Source: Vulcanimicrobiota bacterium | Lineage (GTDB): Bacteria > Vulcanimicrobiota > Xenobia > Xenobiales > JADMJV01 | NCBI GenBank assembly: GCA_050250895.1 | Contig: JBFWNU010000001.1 | Coordinates: forward strand, 1,320,008-1,384,007 | Direction of reading: 5' to 3' | Length of the DNA stretch: 64,000 bases | Shown: positions 35,726 through 46,029 of the stretch, piece by piece | How positions within the stretch are numbered: the first letter of the stretch is position 1 | Layout of the letters: every line of letters starts with the position of its first letter | Made by a program: the position numbers and the translations under genes | Notes under the pieces: generated by a model | The model's database searches: none | Told to the model about the DNA's origin: nothing | The model's input: only the letters and a program-made list of their open reading frames with translations

Positions 35726-37530
35726 CGCAGCAGGTCCTCGACGGCGCTGCGGGTGAGACTGTGGTAATTGAGTCGGGCCCGCTCGAAGATCTTGGTGGCC
35801 CAGGCTTTGCCGCCGGGCTGGGCCACCATGGTCTCGAACAGCGGTTCGACGAACTTGCGCCGACCCACCTCGATCAGGAAGTCTTCGACCGCCGGGTAGG
35901 CCGGCTGATATTGGACCCGCACGGCCGTGCGTAGCCAGGCGAAGAGCAGCTCTGCGTTGCGTGAACGAGTAAAGTCGAAGCCCTGATCGAGTTCGGCCAT
36001 CTGAGCCAGGGTGACGTTTTCAGGCAGACTCCGCAAGAAGTGAAGCCATTCGTGACTTGACCATCCTGAAGTCTTGAGGTCACTGGTCGGCGAACCGGCC
36101 AGCCAACGGGCAAGTTCCGCGTCTACCTGGGCGAACAGTTGGCTGGTAGGAGGGGGAAAGCTGGGCAGGCCCGGCTCATAAATCCAGGCCTCGAGGTCCA
36201 GGGGTGGGTCGAGCCGGAGGCGCACCTCCTCGACGAATCCTTCGGTGGTCATGGTCGAGAAGGCGTGGCGGTCGAAATACCCGGCCAGAAATTGGTCAAA
36301 TCGCGGCCGGCCCACCGAACGCTCCAGAGCCACCAGAAAAAGGTAGCCTTTCTCATAGGCTATGTCGGACATCCCCAGGTCGGGGTCGCGGTCGGTCAGT
36401 TCTAGCTTGAGACGGGTGTCGGGGCTGTCGGCGCCCAGGTCGTCCAGGGTTTCGAGCAGATCGCCGTAACCCAGCACGGCCAGCATCTCGGCATAGTCCG
36501 GCCCCTCCATCCGCTCCATGATCCGGCGCTCGAAATAGTCGGTGAAGCCTTCATTGAGCCAGAAATCGTTCCAGGTGGCGTTGGTGACCAGATTGCCGGA
36601 CCATGAATGGGCCAGCTCATGGGCCACCAGCGGCGTCAGTGAGCGGTCGCCAGCGATGACCGTCGGGGTCACGAAGGTCAGTCGAGGGTTCTCCATGCCG
36701 CCAAAGGGGAAGCTGGGCGGCAGTACCAGCAGGTCGTAGCGACCCCAGCGGTACGGTCCATAGAGAGCCTCGGCTACTTCCAGCATCTGGTCGGTCTGGG
36801 CGAATTCATAAGCGGCTGCAGCCACAGTTTCAGGCTCGGCGTAAACCCCGGTGCGCTCGCCCAGGGGGGCGAAGGCCAGACGGCCCACTGCCAGAGCCAT
36901 CAGATACGCCGGGATCGGTCTTCGCTGAGTAAAGGTGTAGACTCCGTCGGAGCTTTCTTGCTGAGGATTCTCGGCGCTCATTAGGGCCAGCATGCCGGGG
37001 TTGGTCTTGACTGTGGCCTGATAGTCAAAGCGCACCCCCGGGCTGTCCTGGCAGGGCAACCAGCTGCGAGCCAGGATGGCCTGGGATTGGGTGAACAGAA
37101 AGGGGGCCCGGCGGCCGGCTGTTTGCTCGGGGGTGAGCCACTGTAGGGCGGGCGCCTCGGGATGGGTCTGATAGTCGATGCTGATCCGTCGGGTCGAGGG
37201 CCGCAGGTGGACCACCAGCGGGCGGCCTAGCACCGGATCGGCCGGACCCAGCTCCCAATCGAGCGGTCCGCTCGAGTCGGTCACGCGCTCGATGGTCAGG
37301 GCGAAGGTGTCGAACACCACCTGCTCGGCCCGAGGGGCAGGCTTGATGTCCCAATTCGCCTGGCCCTGGAGGCGCCGGGTGCGAAAGTCTACGGCCAGAC
37401 GCAGGTCGAGATGGGTCACCACCGCCTCGTTGGGCTGGCAGTAGCTATGGGGATCCGGACCGGCCGTCGCCAGACTGGTCAGAAGCAATAGCCAGGCCGC
37501 GATTCTCAGCGGGCAGCGATTTTTAACCAT
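35722..37530 (-). CDS. M1 family aminopeptidase (leukotriene A4 hydrolase-like), secreted
   Basis: DPHSY, GGMENP, HELAHSW...WLNEGF, YEKG, VGRRKF. Confidence 0.93.
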   Translation of the reverse strand: MVKNRCPLRIAAWLLLLTSLATAGPDPHSYCQPNEAVVTHLDLRLAVDFRTRRLQGQANWDIKPAPRAEQVVFDTFALTIERVTDSSGPLDWELGPADPVLGRPLVVHLRPSTRRISIDYQTHPEAPALQWLTPEQTAGRRAPFLFTQSQAILARSWLPCQDSPGVRFDYQATVKTNPGMLALMSAENPQQESSDGVYTFTQRRPIPAYLMALAVGRLAFAPLGERTGVYAEPETVAAAAYEFAQTDQMLEVAEALYGPYRWGRYDLLVLPPSFPFGGMENPRLTFVTPTVIAGDRSLTPLVAHELAHSWSGNLVTNATWNDFWLNEGFTDYFERRIMERMEGPDYAEMLAVLGYGDLLETLDDLGADSPDTRLKLELTDRDPDLGMSDIAYEKGYLFLVALERSVGRPRFDQFLAGYFDRHAFSTMTTEGFVEEVRLRLDPPLDLEAWIYEPGLPSFPPPTSQLFAQVDAELARWLAGSPTSDLKTSGWSSHEWLHFLRSLPENVTLAQMAELDQGFDFTRSRNAELLFAWLRTAVRVQYQPAYPAVEDFLIEVGRRKFVEPLFETMVAQPGGKAWATKIFERARLNYHSLTRSAVEDLLR

Positions 37531-37633
37531 GGCGGGCCTTTCAGGACCGGCTGTGGGGTTCCCTCCGGCAGGACATGCCTGCCCCCTGTTCGTAGAAGCA
37601 GGTTCTCGTATTTCTTCTGAAGGAGACCGTCCG

Positions 37634-38632
37634 GTGGAATTTGGCATTACTTTCAAAGGGGACATCGGGCTCGAGCGCACGGTGGCACTCTGCAAACAGG
37701 CCGAAGTGGCCGGCTTCGACTACGCCTGGTTTTTCGACTCGCATGTGTTGTGGGCCGAGTGTTACACCACGATGGCGGTCTGTATGCGCGAGACTCAGCG
37801 GTTGCGCTACGGCCCCTGCGTGACCAATCCAGGCGTGCGCGACTGGACGGTGGCCGCCAGCACCTTTGCTCAATTGGCCAACATCAGCGATAATCGCTAC
37901 GACCTGGGCGTCGGCCGAGGCGACAGTTCGCTGCGCATGCTGGGCCGCAAACCCTTCACCGTCAAGAGCACCGTGGACTTCATGTATCTGATCAAGAAGA
38001 TGGCCCGAGGCGAGACGGTCCATATCCATGGCCGCGACCTGGAGTTCACCTGGGCTAAGCCCGAGACCGAGATCCCTTGCTGGTTTGCTGCCTATGGCCC
38101 GATGGCCCTCAAGGCCGCTGGCGAGCACGCCGACGGTATCATCCTGCAGCTGGCCGACCCCTGGCTGATCGACTGGTTCGCCAGCCAATCGCGCCAGGCG
38201 GCCAAGGAGGCGGGCCGAGACCCGGCCTCGCTACGAGTGATGTCGGCCGCCCCGGTGTGGGTGGGCGACATCGAGAAGGCCCGCCAGCAAACCCGCTGGT
38301 TTCCGGCCATGGTGGGCAATCACGTGGCCGACATCGTCAGCAAATACGGCTCGGGCAGCAGCAATGTGCCCCAGCGTTTGACCGACTACATCGAGGGCCG
38401 CAAAGGCTATGACTATAAGCAGCACGCCGACAAGGACGCCGACCACCTCGATTTTATCTCCAACGACATCATCGATAGCTTCAGCATCCTCGGCCCCGTG
38501 GAAGAGCACGTCAAGAAGCTCAAAGAACTCGAGGCCGCCGGCGTGACCCAGTTCAACATCTACTTGATGTGCGGCGAAGAAGAGAGGCTGGTCGCCGAAT
38601 ACGCCAACCACGTCCTGCCCCACTTTCGCTAG
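37634..38632 (+). CDS. LLM-class (predicted F420-dependent) oxidoreductase, TIGR03842-like
   Basis: FDSHVLW, GPCVTNP..RD.TV.AS, GRGDS, AAYGP, WFPAMVGNHVAD; SD AAGGAG. Confidence 0.85.
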   Translation: MEFGITFKGDIGLERTVALCKQAEVAGFDYAWFFDSHVLWAECYTTMAVCMRETQRLRYGPCVTNPGVRDWTVAASTFAQLANISDNRYDLGVGRGDSSLRMLGRKPFTVKSTVDFMYLIKKMARGETVHIHGRDLEFTWAKPETEIPCWFAAYGPMALKAAGEHADGIILQLADPWLIDWFASQSRQAAKEAGRDPASLRVMSAAPVWVGDIEKARQQTRWFPAMVGNHVADIVSKYGSGSSNVPQRLTDYIEGRKGYDYKQHADKDADHLDFISNDIIDSFSILGPVEEHVKKLKELEAAGVTQFNIYLMCGEEERLVAEYANHVLPHFR

Positions 38633-39482
38633 CGTTGGTCATCAGCGCGACCCCCGCCAGCGAGAGCAGACTGGCCACGACCGTGCGCGCGCTCAGCGGT
38701 TCAGAGCCCAGCCAGCAGCCTAGCCAGAGGGCTACCACGGGATTGACGTAGGCGTGGGTGGCCAGCACGTGGGTCGGGCAGTTGCTCAAGAGCCAGTTGT
38801 AGGCCCAGAAAGCCAGTAGCGAGCCGAACAGGGTGAGGTAGGCCATGGCCAGCCAGCCGTTTCGGGTCGTGGACCAGGGGTCAAAGCGTTCTCCGGTAGC
38901 GGTGCCAACCAGGCAAAGCAGCAGACCGGCCCAGAGCATCTGCATGCCGGCCCGCAGGCCAATGGGCAGGGGGTGGGTGCGGCGGGCATAAAGCGACCCC
39001 ACCGCCCAGGCCAGAGCCGAAACCAGCAGGGCGGCGGTAGCCAGCAGTTGGCGCGCCTCGAGCAGGTCGGGGTCGACCAGCAGGCCTAATCCGGCCAGGC
39101 CCAGGGCGACGCCGGCCAGACGGTTGGCGGTGAGAGGCTTCTGGCTGTCGAGCAAAGTGACCCAGAGAGGCGAGGTGCCCACCAGCAGGGCGGCCAGTCC
39201 CGAAGCAACCCACTGTTCCGACCAGGCCACCAGGCCCGGTCCCAGCACCAGCAGCAAGCTGCCGAGAGCGGCCTGCTGGCGCCATTGGTCCAGGCTCGGA
39301 GCGGGTTGGCCGGTCAGGCGCGCGGCCAGGTAGAGGCCGGCGCCGGCTACCAGAAAGCGCAGGCCAATCAAATGCAGAGGCGGGATCGATTCGAGCCCGA
39401 CCGTGATGGCGTAAAAGGTCGAGCCCCACACCAGGTAGACGGTGGCTAGAGCTAGACCCCGAGTGATGGTCTTGTTTTCCAT
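38553..39482 (-). CDS. EamA/DMT family transporter (YedA-like)
   Basis: VYLVWGSTF, RFLVAG, YL..FGS..AF.AY.WL, AYVNPVVA. Confidence 0.92.
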   Translation of the reverse strand: MENKTITRGLALATVYLVWGSTFYAITVGLESIPPLHLIGLRFLVAGAGLYLAARLTGQPAPSLDQWRQQAALGSLLLVLGPGLVAWSEQWVASGLAALLVGTSPLWVTLLDSQKPLTANRLAGVALGLAGLGLLVDPDLLEARQLLATAALLVSALAWAVGSLYARRTHPLPIGLRAGMQMLWAGLLLCLVGTATGERFDPWSTTRNGWLAMAYLTLFGSLLAFWAYNWLLSNCPTHVLATHAYVNPVVALWLGCWLGSEPLSARTVVASLLSLAGVALMTNASESGAGRGWRIRRPASLLRRTSSRC

Positions 39483-39602
39483 AGCTTTGACTGTAGGGGC
39501 GCCGTCAGCGGGAAAACAGAGGCAGTCTGGTGAAATTGTATGCTCGACAGTTTCTTCTTTTGTACGACTGTATGCTGACTTGTTGAGGTAGGCTGTACTG
39601 CT
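39483..39602. promoter_or_regulatory. Divergent promoter region with repeated YTGTA motifs (probable MocR operator)
   Basis: ACTGTA 39490, ATTGTATG 39535, TTTGTACG 39559, ACTGTATG 39567, GCTGTAC 39592, and inverted GACAGT 39546. Confidence 0.55.
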
Positions 39603-41036
39603 TTGGCCAAACTGTATGAGCGCGTAGCTAGCGAGGTTGCCCGCCGGGTGGATGTGGGTGTCTATGGCTATGGAGAAAGGATTCCCTCGGTGCGTCACCT
39701 CAGTCGAGAACTCGAGGTGAGCACGACCACCGTGGTCGAGGCATACAGATTGCTCGAGGACCAGGGATTGGTGGAAGCCCGTCCTCAATCCGGCTACTAC
39801 GTTCGCCATCCTTCGTTCGACGACCATTGCCCGCGGCTCCACTGCCCGCGACCCGAGCGGCCGGTACCGGTTACAGTGGCTGATATGGTCATGACGGTCA
39901 TGCGCGACAACTACCTGGGAGGCGCTCGCCTGGCGGACGCCTCTCCGGCTCCCGATTTGCTTCCGGTCAAGCGCCTGCAGAGGTCGGTAGCGCTGGCTGC
40001 CCGCGAGTCCGCGTGCCTATCGCGCTACGACACCCCTCCGGGATGCCCTGAACTGCGAGTTCAGATCGCGCGCCTGGCTCTGGCCGCGGGATGTCAGGTC
40101 TCGCCTGAAGAGATCGTGTTGACGACCGGATGCCAGGAGGCTCTCACCCTGTGCCTGCGGGCAGTGTGCGAAGTGGGCGATGTGGTGGCCATCGAGTCTC
40201 CTACCTTTTACGGGCAGCTTCAGGCCATCGAGATGCTGGGCTTGCGGGTCTTGGAGATTCCCAGCGACCCGCTCGAGGGGATCAGTCTAGATGCCCTTTT
40301 GCTGGCTCTCGAGCAGATGCCGGTGCGGGCGGTCATGGTCACCCCCAGCCATAGCAATCCGACCGGCAGCTGCATGAGCGTGGCCCACCGCCGGGAACTG
40401 GTCTCGATGCTGGCTGAGTGGGACGTGCCCATGATCGAGGATGACGTCTATGGCGATCTTGGCTTTGGACTCAAGCGCCTGCCGGCCGCCAAGTCGTTTG
40501 ACCGCTCGGGACGCGTGCTCTATTGTTCTTCTTTCTCGAAGACACTGGCTCCGGGCCATCGGTTGGGCTGGGCCGTCGCCGGTCGCTATCAGCCTCAGGT
40601 GGAACGACTCAAAACTTTGACCAACCTGGCCTCTCCTTCCCTGTTGGCGCGCGGAATGGCTGACTTCTTGAGGGGTTCTCGCTACGAGCGCCACCTGCGT
40701 ACGGTGCGCCGAGAATACGCCCGGCGGGTGCGCCTGATGCGCGAAGCGGTGTTGGCCGAATTCCCCGCTGGCACCCGCGTTTCTAACCCGCGGGGGGGCT
40801 ATGTCCTATGGGTCGAGTTGCCGCGTGGCCTGGACACGGTCGCCCTCTATCCCAAAGCCGTCGAGGCCGGGGTGCCCTTCGCCCCCGGTCCGATGTTTTC
40901 GGCCGGTAAACGGCTCAAGCATTGCCTCCGTCTGACCGCTTCGGTGTGGCAACCAGAGCAAGAGCAGGCCATCGCCCGACTGGGTCGTCTGGTGAGCCTT
41001 GAATCCCATGCTACAATGAAGGTTCGGGCACCATGA
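39603..41036 (+). CDS. MocR/GabR family PLP-dependent transcriptional regulator
   Basis: GntR HTH (PSVR.LS..L.VS.TTV..AY..LE..G..EARPQSGY) plus an aminotransferase domain (IEDDVY, SFSKTLAPG.RLGW). Confidence 0.95.
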   Translation: MAKLYERVASEVARRVDVGVYGYGERIPSVRHLSRELEVSTTTVVEAYRLLEDQGLVEARPQSGYYVRHPSFDDHCPRLHCPRPERPVPVTVADMVMTVMRDNYLGGARLADASPAPDLLPVKRLQRSVALAARESACLSRYDTPPGCPELRVQIARLALAAGCQVSPEEIVLTTGCQEALTLCLRAVCEVGDVVAIESPTFYGQLQAIEMLGLRVLEIPSDPLEGISLDALLLALEQMPVRAVMVTPSHSNPTGSCMSVAHRRELVSMLAEWDVPMIEDDVYGDLGFGLKRLPAAKSFDRSGRVLYCSSFSKTLAPGHRLGWAVAGRYQPQVERLKTLTNLASPSLLARGMADFLRGSRYERHLRTVRREYARRVRLMREAVLAEFPAGTRVSNPRGGYVLWVELPRGLDTVALYPKAVEAGVPFAPGPMFSAGKRLKHCLRLTASVWQPEQEQAIARLGRLVSLESHATMKVRAP

Positions 41037-42610
41037 CCAGTCGCAAGAACAAAGCCGAACTCAGGGTTAGCAACTCGATCCACGACCGCCTTCAGATGGA
41101 GTCGACCTATATTTTCGATCTCCAGGCGGGCCCGGGCGAGCAAGCCCGTCGTTACTCGGCCGACATGTACATCTTCATCCCGACCTCGTTGGGCATCAAT
41201 CGTGACACCTACGATCGGGAGAGCTTCTTCAAGGATGTCACCTCCTACTTTCGTATCCGCACTCCCTCGGTCCGCGCCTGGTGGGATGCCTCTCCCGAGG
41301 ACTTTGCCATCGATTCGCTCGAGCGCTACCTGGGGGCTCACCTCGACACCTTCGAGCGCAAAGCTCTGGTGGCTCGGGCCGTGCAAGAGGTCAAGGTGTT
41401 CGGCAGTTTTCTGCACACCCGCCTGAAGAATCTCGAGAAGCGCGCCCGCAAGCGCGCCGCCGGTCGCAACGACGAGACACCGGCCTTCCTGCTGTCGCGG
41501 GTCGAGCGCTGGTTGGCGGTGATGGGCACTTTTCGACGCCGTTATCTCGAGCGCATCCGCAACGAGGCTCTGCTGGTCGATGATGAAGTGCTGCGGGCGC
41601 TCCATCTCACCGATGAGTACCTCTCCTACCGCATCGAGGTCATTTTATTGCGAGTGCGTGAAGCCCTGGTCGATCTCAAGGAGCCGCTCGAACGTCACCT
41701 TCAGGCCGAGGCGCGTTATCGGCGCGAGCATGAGCTGGTCTGTCTCGAGGATCGGCCCGACCAGGGCCGCCAACTCGAGGCCTACACCTATCGGCTCGGC
41801 TTGCTCAAGAAATATCTCTCGCAGGCGCTCTATCTCAAGCTGGAGGAGGCTAAGCGAGACGCCTTCTATCGCAACGGCGCGGCCGCCGTGGGGGCCGGTC
41901 TGGCGGCCACCTTCGCGGGGCTGGCCGAGCAGCAACGCATCCAATACCTGAGCGGCCACGACTCGGGGCATCGATTGGCTCTGCTCTTGATCATGGCCGT
42001 AGCCGCTTATGTCTTCAAAGACCGCATCAAAGACCTGAGCAAGGAGTACTTCAATAACCGGCTCAAACACAAGCTGCCCGACCATCGCTATCGGATCACT
42101 TATCCTCATGTGGCCACCGATGGCAAAAAGGACGAGATCGAACTGGGTTTCATCCAGGAGTTCATGCGCTATCTGAGCGACTTGCCCGACGAGGTGGCTT
42201 ATCTACGCACCATCGAGAAGCGAGCCGACAATGACCCCCGCCGCAACGAGACCGTGCTCCATCTCTCCCGGATGTTTGACTTCAACCTGCGCCCGGTGGG
42301 CGACTTCCGCTACATCAAGAATGTGCTTCGGCTGGATTTTAGCGAGTTTCTGGCCAAATTGGACAACCCGGCCAAAGCGGTGCGCTACTACCAACCGCGC
42401 CAGGGCCTGCGAGTGGTCCAGGCACCCAAGGTCTATCACCTCAACGTGGTGATGCGTTACGAGACACTGTTCGGAGGCGCAGCCGCGCCCTTGCGCCGGC
42501 GCATCGATTTCGAGCGCTTTCGAGTGGTGCTGAACAAGAACGGTATCGTGCGCATCGAGCGGGTCATCGGCGGGGGCGAACTGGCTTACACTGAAGAGGT
42601 CCACGCTTGA
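41033..42610 (+). CDS. Hypothetical protein with two central TM helices
   Basis: Long ORF with ATGA overlap. TM-like segments AAAVGAGLAATFAGLA and LALLLIMAVAAYVF. Extended -10 TGCTACAAT at 41009-41017. Confidence 0.8.
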   Translation: MTSRKNKAELRVSNSIHDRLQMESTYIFDLQAGPGEQARRYSADMYIFIPTSLGINRDTYDRESFFKDVTSYFRIRTPSVRAWWDASPEDFAIDSLERYLGAHLDTFERKALVARAVQEVKVFGSFLHTRLKNLEKRARKRAAGRNDETPAFLLSRVERWLAVMGTFRRRYLERIRNEALLVDDEVLRALHLTDEYLSYRIEVILLRVREALVDLKEPLERHLQAEARYRREHELVCLEDRPDQGRQLEAYTYRLGLLKKYLSQALYLKLEEAKRDAFYRNGAAAVGAGLAATFAGLAEQQRIQYLSGHDSGHRLALLLIMAVAAYVFKDRIKDLSKEYFNNRLKHKLPDHRYRITYPHVATDGKKDEIELGFIQEFMRYLSDLPDEVAYLRTIEKRADNDPRRNETVLHLSRMFDFNLRPVGDFRYIKNVLRLDFSEFLAKLDNPAKAVRYYQPRQGLRVVQAPKVYHLNVVMRYETLFGGAAAPLRRRIDFERFRVVLNKNGIVRIERVIGGGELAYTEEVHA

Positions 42611-44310
42611 CGCTCGCAGCCGCAGCCAGAGCCTTTGGGGGCCTGGGTCTATTCTTCTTTGCCCTGCGCTTTTTGACCAGCCGCCTGGATCAATCCATTT
42701 CGTCGCGCTTTCGCCCCATTCTGGACCGCATTCTGGCCAACCCGCCTCGCTGCCTGGCCTTTGGCGTGCTGGCCACGGCTCTGGTTCAAGCTTCCAACAT
42801 CACCATCGTGACCGTGATGGGTCTGGTCGACAGCGGGTTGGTGACCCTCGAGCACGGCTTTTTCGTCATGCTCGGGGCCACTCTGGGCACGACCCTCAAG
42901 ACCTGGTTCTTTGCTTACACCTTCGAACTTGGGCCTATCCTGGTAGGGATCGGCTCGCTGGCTCTGCTGGTAGCTCGTAACGCTTTGGTCCGCGAGGCCT
43001 TCCAGATTCTGACCTCGATCGGCCTGGCTTTTCTCGGCTTGCAGATGATGATGAGCAGTCTGGCCGGACTGGCCCAATTGCCGGCGTTCAACGCGCTGAT
43101 GGGTCGCTACGACGCTACCAACTTGTCGGGCCAGGCCCTGGCGGTGTTGGTGGGGGCTCTGCTGACGGCGGTGCTGCAGTCGTCGAGCGCTATCGTGCTG
43201 TTGGTGATGAGTCTGGCCTCTCAGCAGCTGGTGACGGTGCCGACGGCCGCGGCACTGGTGCTGGGAGCCAACCTGGGCACCACCACCACCGCCCTGGTGG
43301 TAAGTCTGCAGGCCGATCGCAACGGCAAGCGCATCGCCCTGGCCAATCTCATCATCAAGGCCGGCGGGGTGCTCATTACCTTACTGCTCTTTCCCTTCTT
43401 CCTGACGGCCGTCGAGGGCGTGGTCGGAATGGTGCTCGAGGCCGCCCGACCAGAGCTGTTGGTGGCCGGTGTGCACACCCTGTTCAACATCATCAACGTG
43501 ATCTGGTGGTGGATCTTCTCGGGGGTGGTGTTGCGAGTGGTCAACAGCGCCATTCCCCTTCGTTCACGTTCCCGGACCGGGCTCTCCAAAGGGGTCCGTC
43601 GCATGCTCAATCAGACACCGCATCGGGCCTTCTTGGAGAGTGTCACCCAGTTCTCCAACTTCGAGCAGATGGTCAAGAGCATCTATGACCATACCTTCAG
43701 AAGTCTGTCCGAAGGGCGCCACCGGAGCATTCTGGCGGCCCGGCGGGCCCGGCTCGAAAGAAACCTCGACTCGCTCAAAGAGACGGTTCACGACCTGCTG
43801 TTCATGGTGTCACGTTCGCAATCTCAGCACCGTTCCCGCGTCCTGGGTATCGTCACCATGGTCGAGTTGTATTCGAGTCTTACCCGCACCTGTTTTGCTT
43901 TTGACGACCATCTCGAGCGCGGCTTCCTCTCCGACGGCTACGAGGTGCCTGAAGAGCTCTCCCGAGCCGTCTCGGTCTTTCGCGAGTTACTCGACGGACT
44001 ATGGTTGGATGTGCTGCGCCCCGACAAAGCCAACGCAGACTTTGGCCCCGAAGGGGTCATGTCGCTCGAAGAGTCGCTGTTGACCTACAATGCAAAGCTT
44101 GGGTCGGGTCATCAAGCCTACACCACCTGGTTGCTCGAGATCGCCGGCTTCATGCGGTCTATTGCCCTGGATCTCGGGCAGATCTCGCAGCTCAAGAGAC
44201 AGGCCGAGATTGCCCGTCTGGTCGAGCCCATCAACGGCGTGCCGAGGCTTCCCGAGATGGGCCCGAAAGAAGAGGCGGAAGGACCCGTAAAGACAGGTGG
44301 GGAAGCCTGA
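42607..44310 (+). CDS. Na+/Pi cotransporter family protein
   Basis: TALVQASN, GATLGTT, second repeat TAVLQSSSA and GANLGTT, HTLFN; PhoU-like helical C-terminus. Confidence 0.88.
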   Translation: MTLAAAARAFGGLGLFFFALRFLTSRLDQSISSRFRPILDRILANPPRCLAFGVLATALVQASNITIVTVMGLVDSGLVTLEHGFFVMLGATLGTTLKTWFFAYTFELGPILVGIGSLALLVARNALVREAFQILTSIGLAFLGLQMMMSSLAGLAQLPAFNALMGRYDATNLSGQALAVLVGALLTAVLQSSSAIVLLVMSLASQQLVTVPTAAALVLGANLGTTTTALVVSLQADRNGKRIALANLIIKAGGVLITLLLFPFFLTAVEGVVGMVLEAARPELLVAGVHTLFNIINVIWWWIFSGVVLRVVNSAIPLRSRSRTGLSKGVRRMLNQTPHRAFLESVTQFSNFEQMVKSIYDHTFRSLSEGRHRSILAARRARLERNLDSLKETVHDLLFMVSRSQSQHRSRVLGIVTMVELYSSLTRTCFAFDDHLERGFLSDGYEVPEELSRAVSVFRELLDGLWLDVLRPDKANADFGPEGVMSLEESLLTYNAKLGSGHQAYTTWLLEIAGFMRSIALDLGQISQLKRQAEIARLVEPINGVPRLPEMGPKEEAEGPVKTGGEA

Positions 44311-44316
44311 TGAACG

Positions 44317-46029
44317 ATGGCGGCCACTGACTCGGAATCCCCGGGGACCGGCACGGAAGACGCTCCTGCGTATGTTCCCGGCAACCTGCAGCGGATTCTT
44401 GGTCGGATGTGGGCCTGCGACGACGACAAACTCGCGCAGGCCGCCTTGCTCCGCGACGCCCTCGGCTTCTTGACCCGGCTATTTGCCTCGCTTGGAGCCT
44501 GCGCCTGTCAGGAGTTCGAGTTGCTCGATGACGAACTCGAAGAACTGTGGAGCACCACCGCCACCGTGGGGGATTGCCGCAGGTTGCTCGAGTTATCGCT
44601 CAAGCGCCTGCAGCCCGAGATGAAGCACGACCTGGTGCGCCAGTTGATGGCGGTTTTCTTCGAGGTCGAAGGGGATACGTTCACCCCCCGCGAGTTCACC
44701 TCGCACCTGGGTTTCGGACCCGACTCCTCGGTGCCCCAGGTGGTCGATTTTTGCACCGGCCTGGCCGGCGCCTATGACGAGCACCTACCCATTCTCAGTA
44801 CCTGGCTCGAAGCCTCTCGGCCAACCTTGCTCGAATGCGACTATCACTACGAGGCCGGGGCCCAGTTCGGTCAACGCGAGTTGGTGGTCGGTTATCGTCA
44901 GTACCGACTGCGAACCCGTATGGCCGTAAGATTGCGTGAGGCCCGCGCCGATGTGGCCGGAGTCTCGGCGCTGGGGGCCATACCCCTGGGGGCGCCTATC
45001 ACCCCAGAAGAGACCTCCACGAGCGGGCTGACGGCTCTGGTCAGCGAGCTCGCCCGGGTCGAACCCAGCAACGCGGCCAAGGTAACCCCCATAGCCCTTC
45101 CCGCCCTCGGCTACCGCGTCGACTATACGGGCTTTGCCAAGGACCGCGAGGGGCGGCTCGGCCACGCCGGCAAGTTGATCCTGTTTTGTGCTGGAGAGGG
45201 CGTACTCGAGGGAAAGATCAGCTCGACCAATCCCAACTTGCGCATCCTGCCGGCCTTTTTCAAAGGCGAAGAGGTGCGCTGTAGTTTTTGGCTCGACCCA
45301 GCCGAAATGCCCCAACCCGAAGGTTATGTCGAGGTCGAGACAGCCAACGAGACTCGCAAGATTCCCATCGTGGCTTTGCTGCCCCGCTCGCGGATATCGG
45401 ACTTTGGACGCCTGTCGCTGGCCGCCATTCTGCTGGCCCCGGGGGGAGTCGGATTTCTCTATCTGTTCTGGGTGTTCTATTCGACCATTCGCCATGTCCA
45501 GACCGTGCTGGAGAAATACCTCGGCTTCGAATACCGGCAGATCATGCGGGGAGTTCCCGAGGTGGCCCTGCGCCATTCCGGGGTCGGAATTATCGACCTG
45601 GATGTCCAACCCAAGGCCGAGTCGGCTGCTCTTCTTTTTTTGCTGTTCGCGGTGCTGTGCCCGTTGCTGGTGACCAAAATTTTTCGCCACTACCCCCGCA
45701 ATCTGCAACGAGATCTCGGCTGGCTCTATTCGATAGGCCTGATCCTTCCAGTCCTGGGCTTTCTGGCGGTTTGGGACCTGCCGGCGCTCAATCATCCCAT
45801 GCTGGCCCATCACGAGCTGCTGTTTCTCAATTATCGCACTCACTTTCCGTTTTTTGCGGCCTTTAATCTGTTGGCCAGCGCCTATCTATTCTTGTCGGTG
45901 GGAGGACGGATCGACGCCTGGGCTGGAAAGGGGCCGCTGCGGGTGCTGGTGCCGACCGTCCTCTTCGTCGGCTACCTGGTGGCCGTCTTCGGATTGGTCT
46001 ATGGTCGGAGTTGGCTATCGATATGGTAA
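44317..46029 (+). CDS. Hypothetical membrane protein
   Basis: Soluble N-terminal region, a small beta domain, then about five C-terminal TM helices. Confidence 0.75.
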   Translation: MAATDSESPGTGTEDAPAYVPGNLQRILGRMWACDDDKLAQAALLRDALGFLTRLFASLGACACQEFELLDDELEELWSTTATVGDCRRLLELSLKRLQPEMKHDLVRQLMAVFFEVEGDTFTPREFTSHLGFGPDSSVPQVVDFCTGLAGAYDEHLPILSTWLEASRPTLLECDYHYEAGAQFGQRELVVGYRQYRLRTRMAVRLREARADVAGVSALGAIPLGAPITPEETSTSGLTALVSELARVEPSNAAKVTPIALPALGYRVDYTGFAKDREGRLGHAGKLILFCAGEGVLEGKISSTNPNLRILPAFFKGEEVRCSFWLDPAEMPQPEGYVEVETANETRKIPIVALLPRSRISDFGRLSLAAILLAPGGVGFLYLFWVFYSTIRHVQTVLEKYLGFEYRQIMRGVPEVALRHSGVGIIDLDVQPKAESAALLFLLFAVLCPLLVTKIFRHYPRNLQRDLGWLYSIGLILPVLGFLAVWDLPALNHPMLAHHELLFLNYRTHFPFFAAFNLLASAYLFLSVGGRIDAWAGKGPLRVLVPTVLFVGYLVAVFGLVYGRSWLSIW

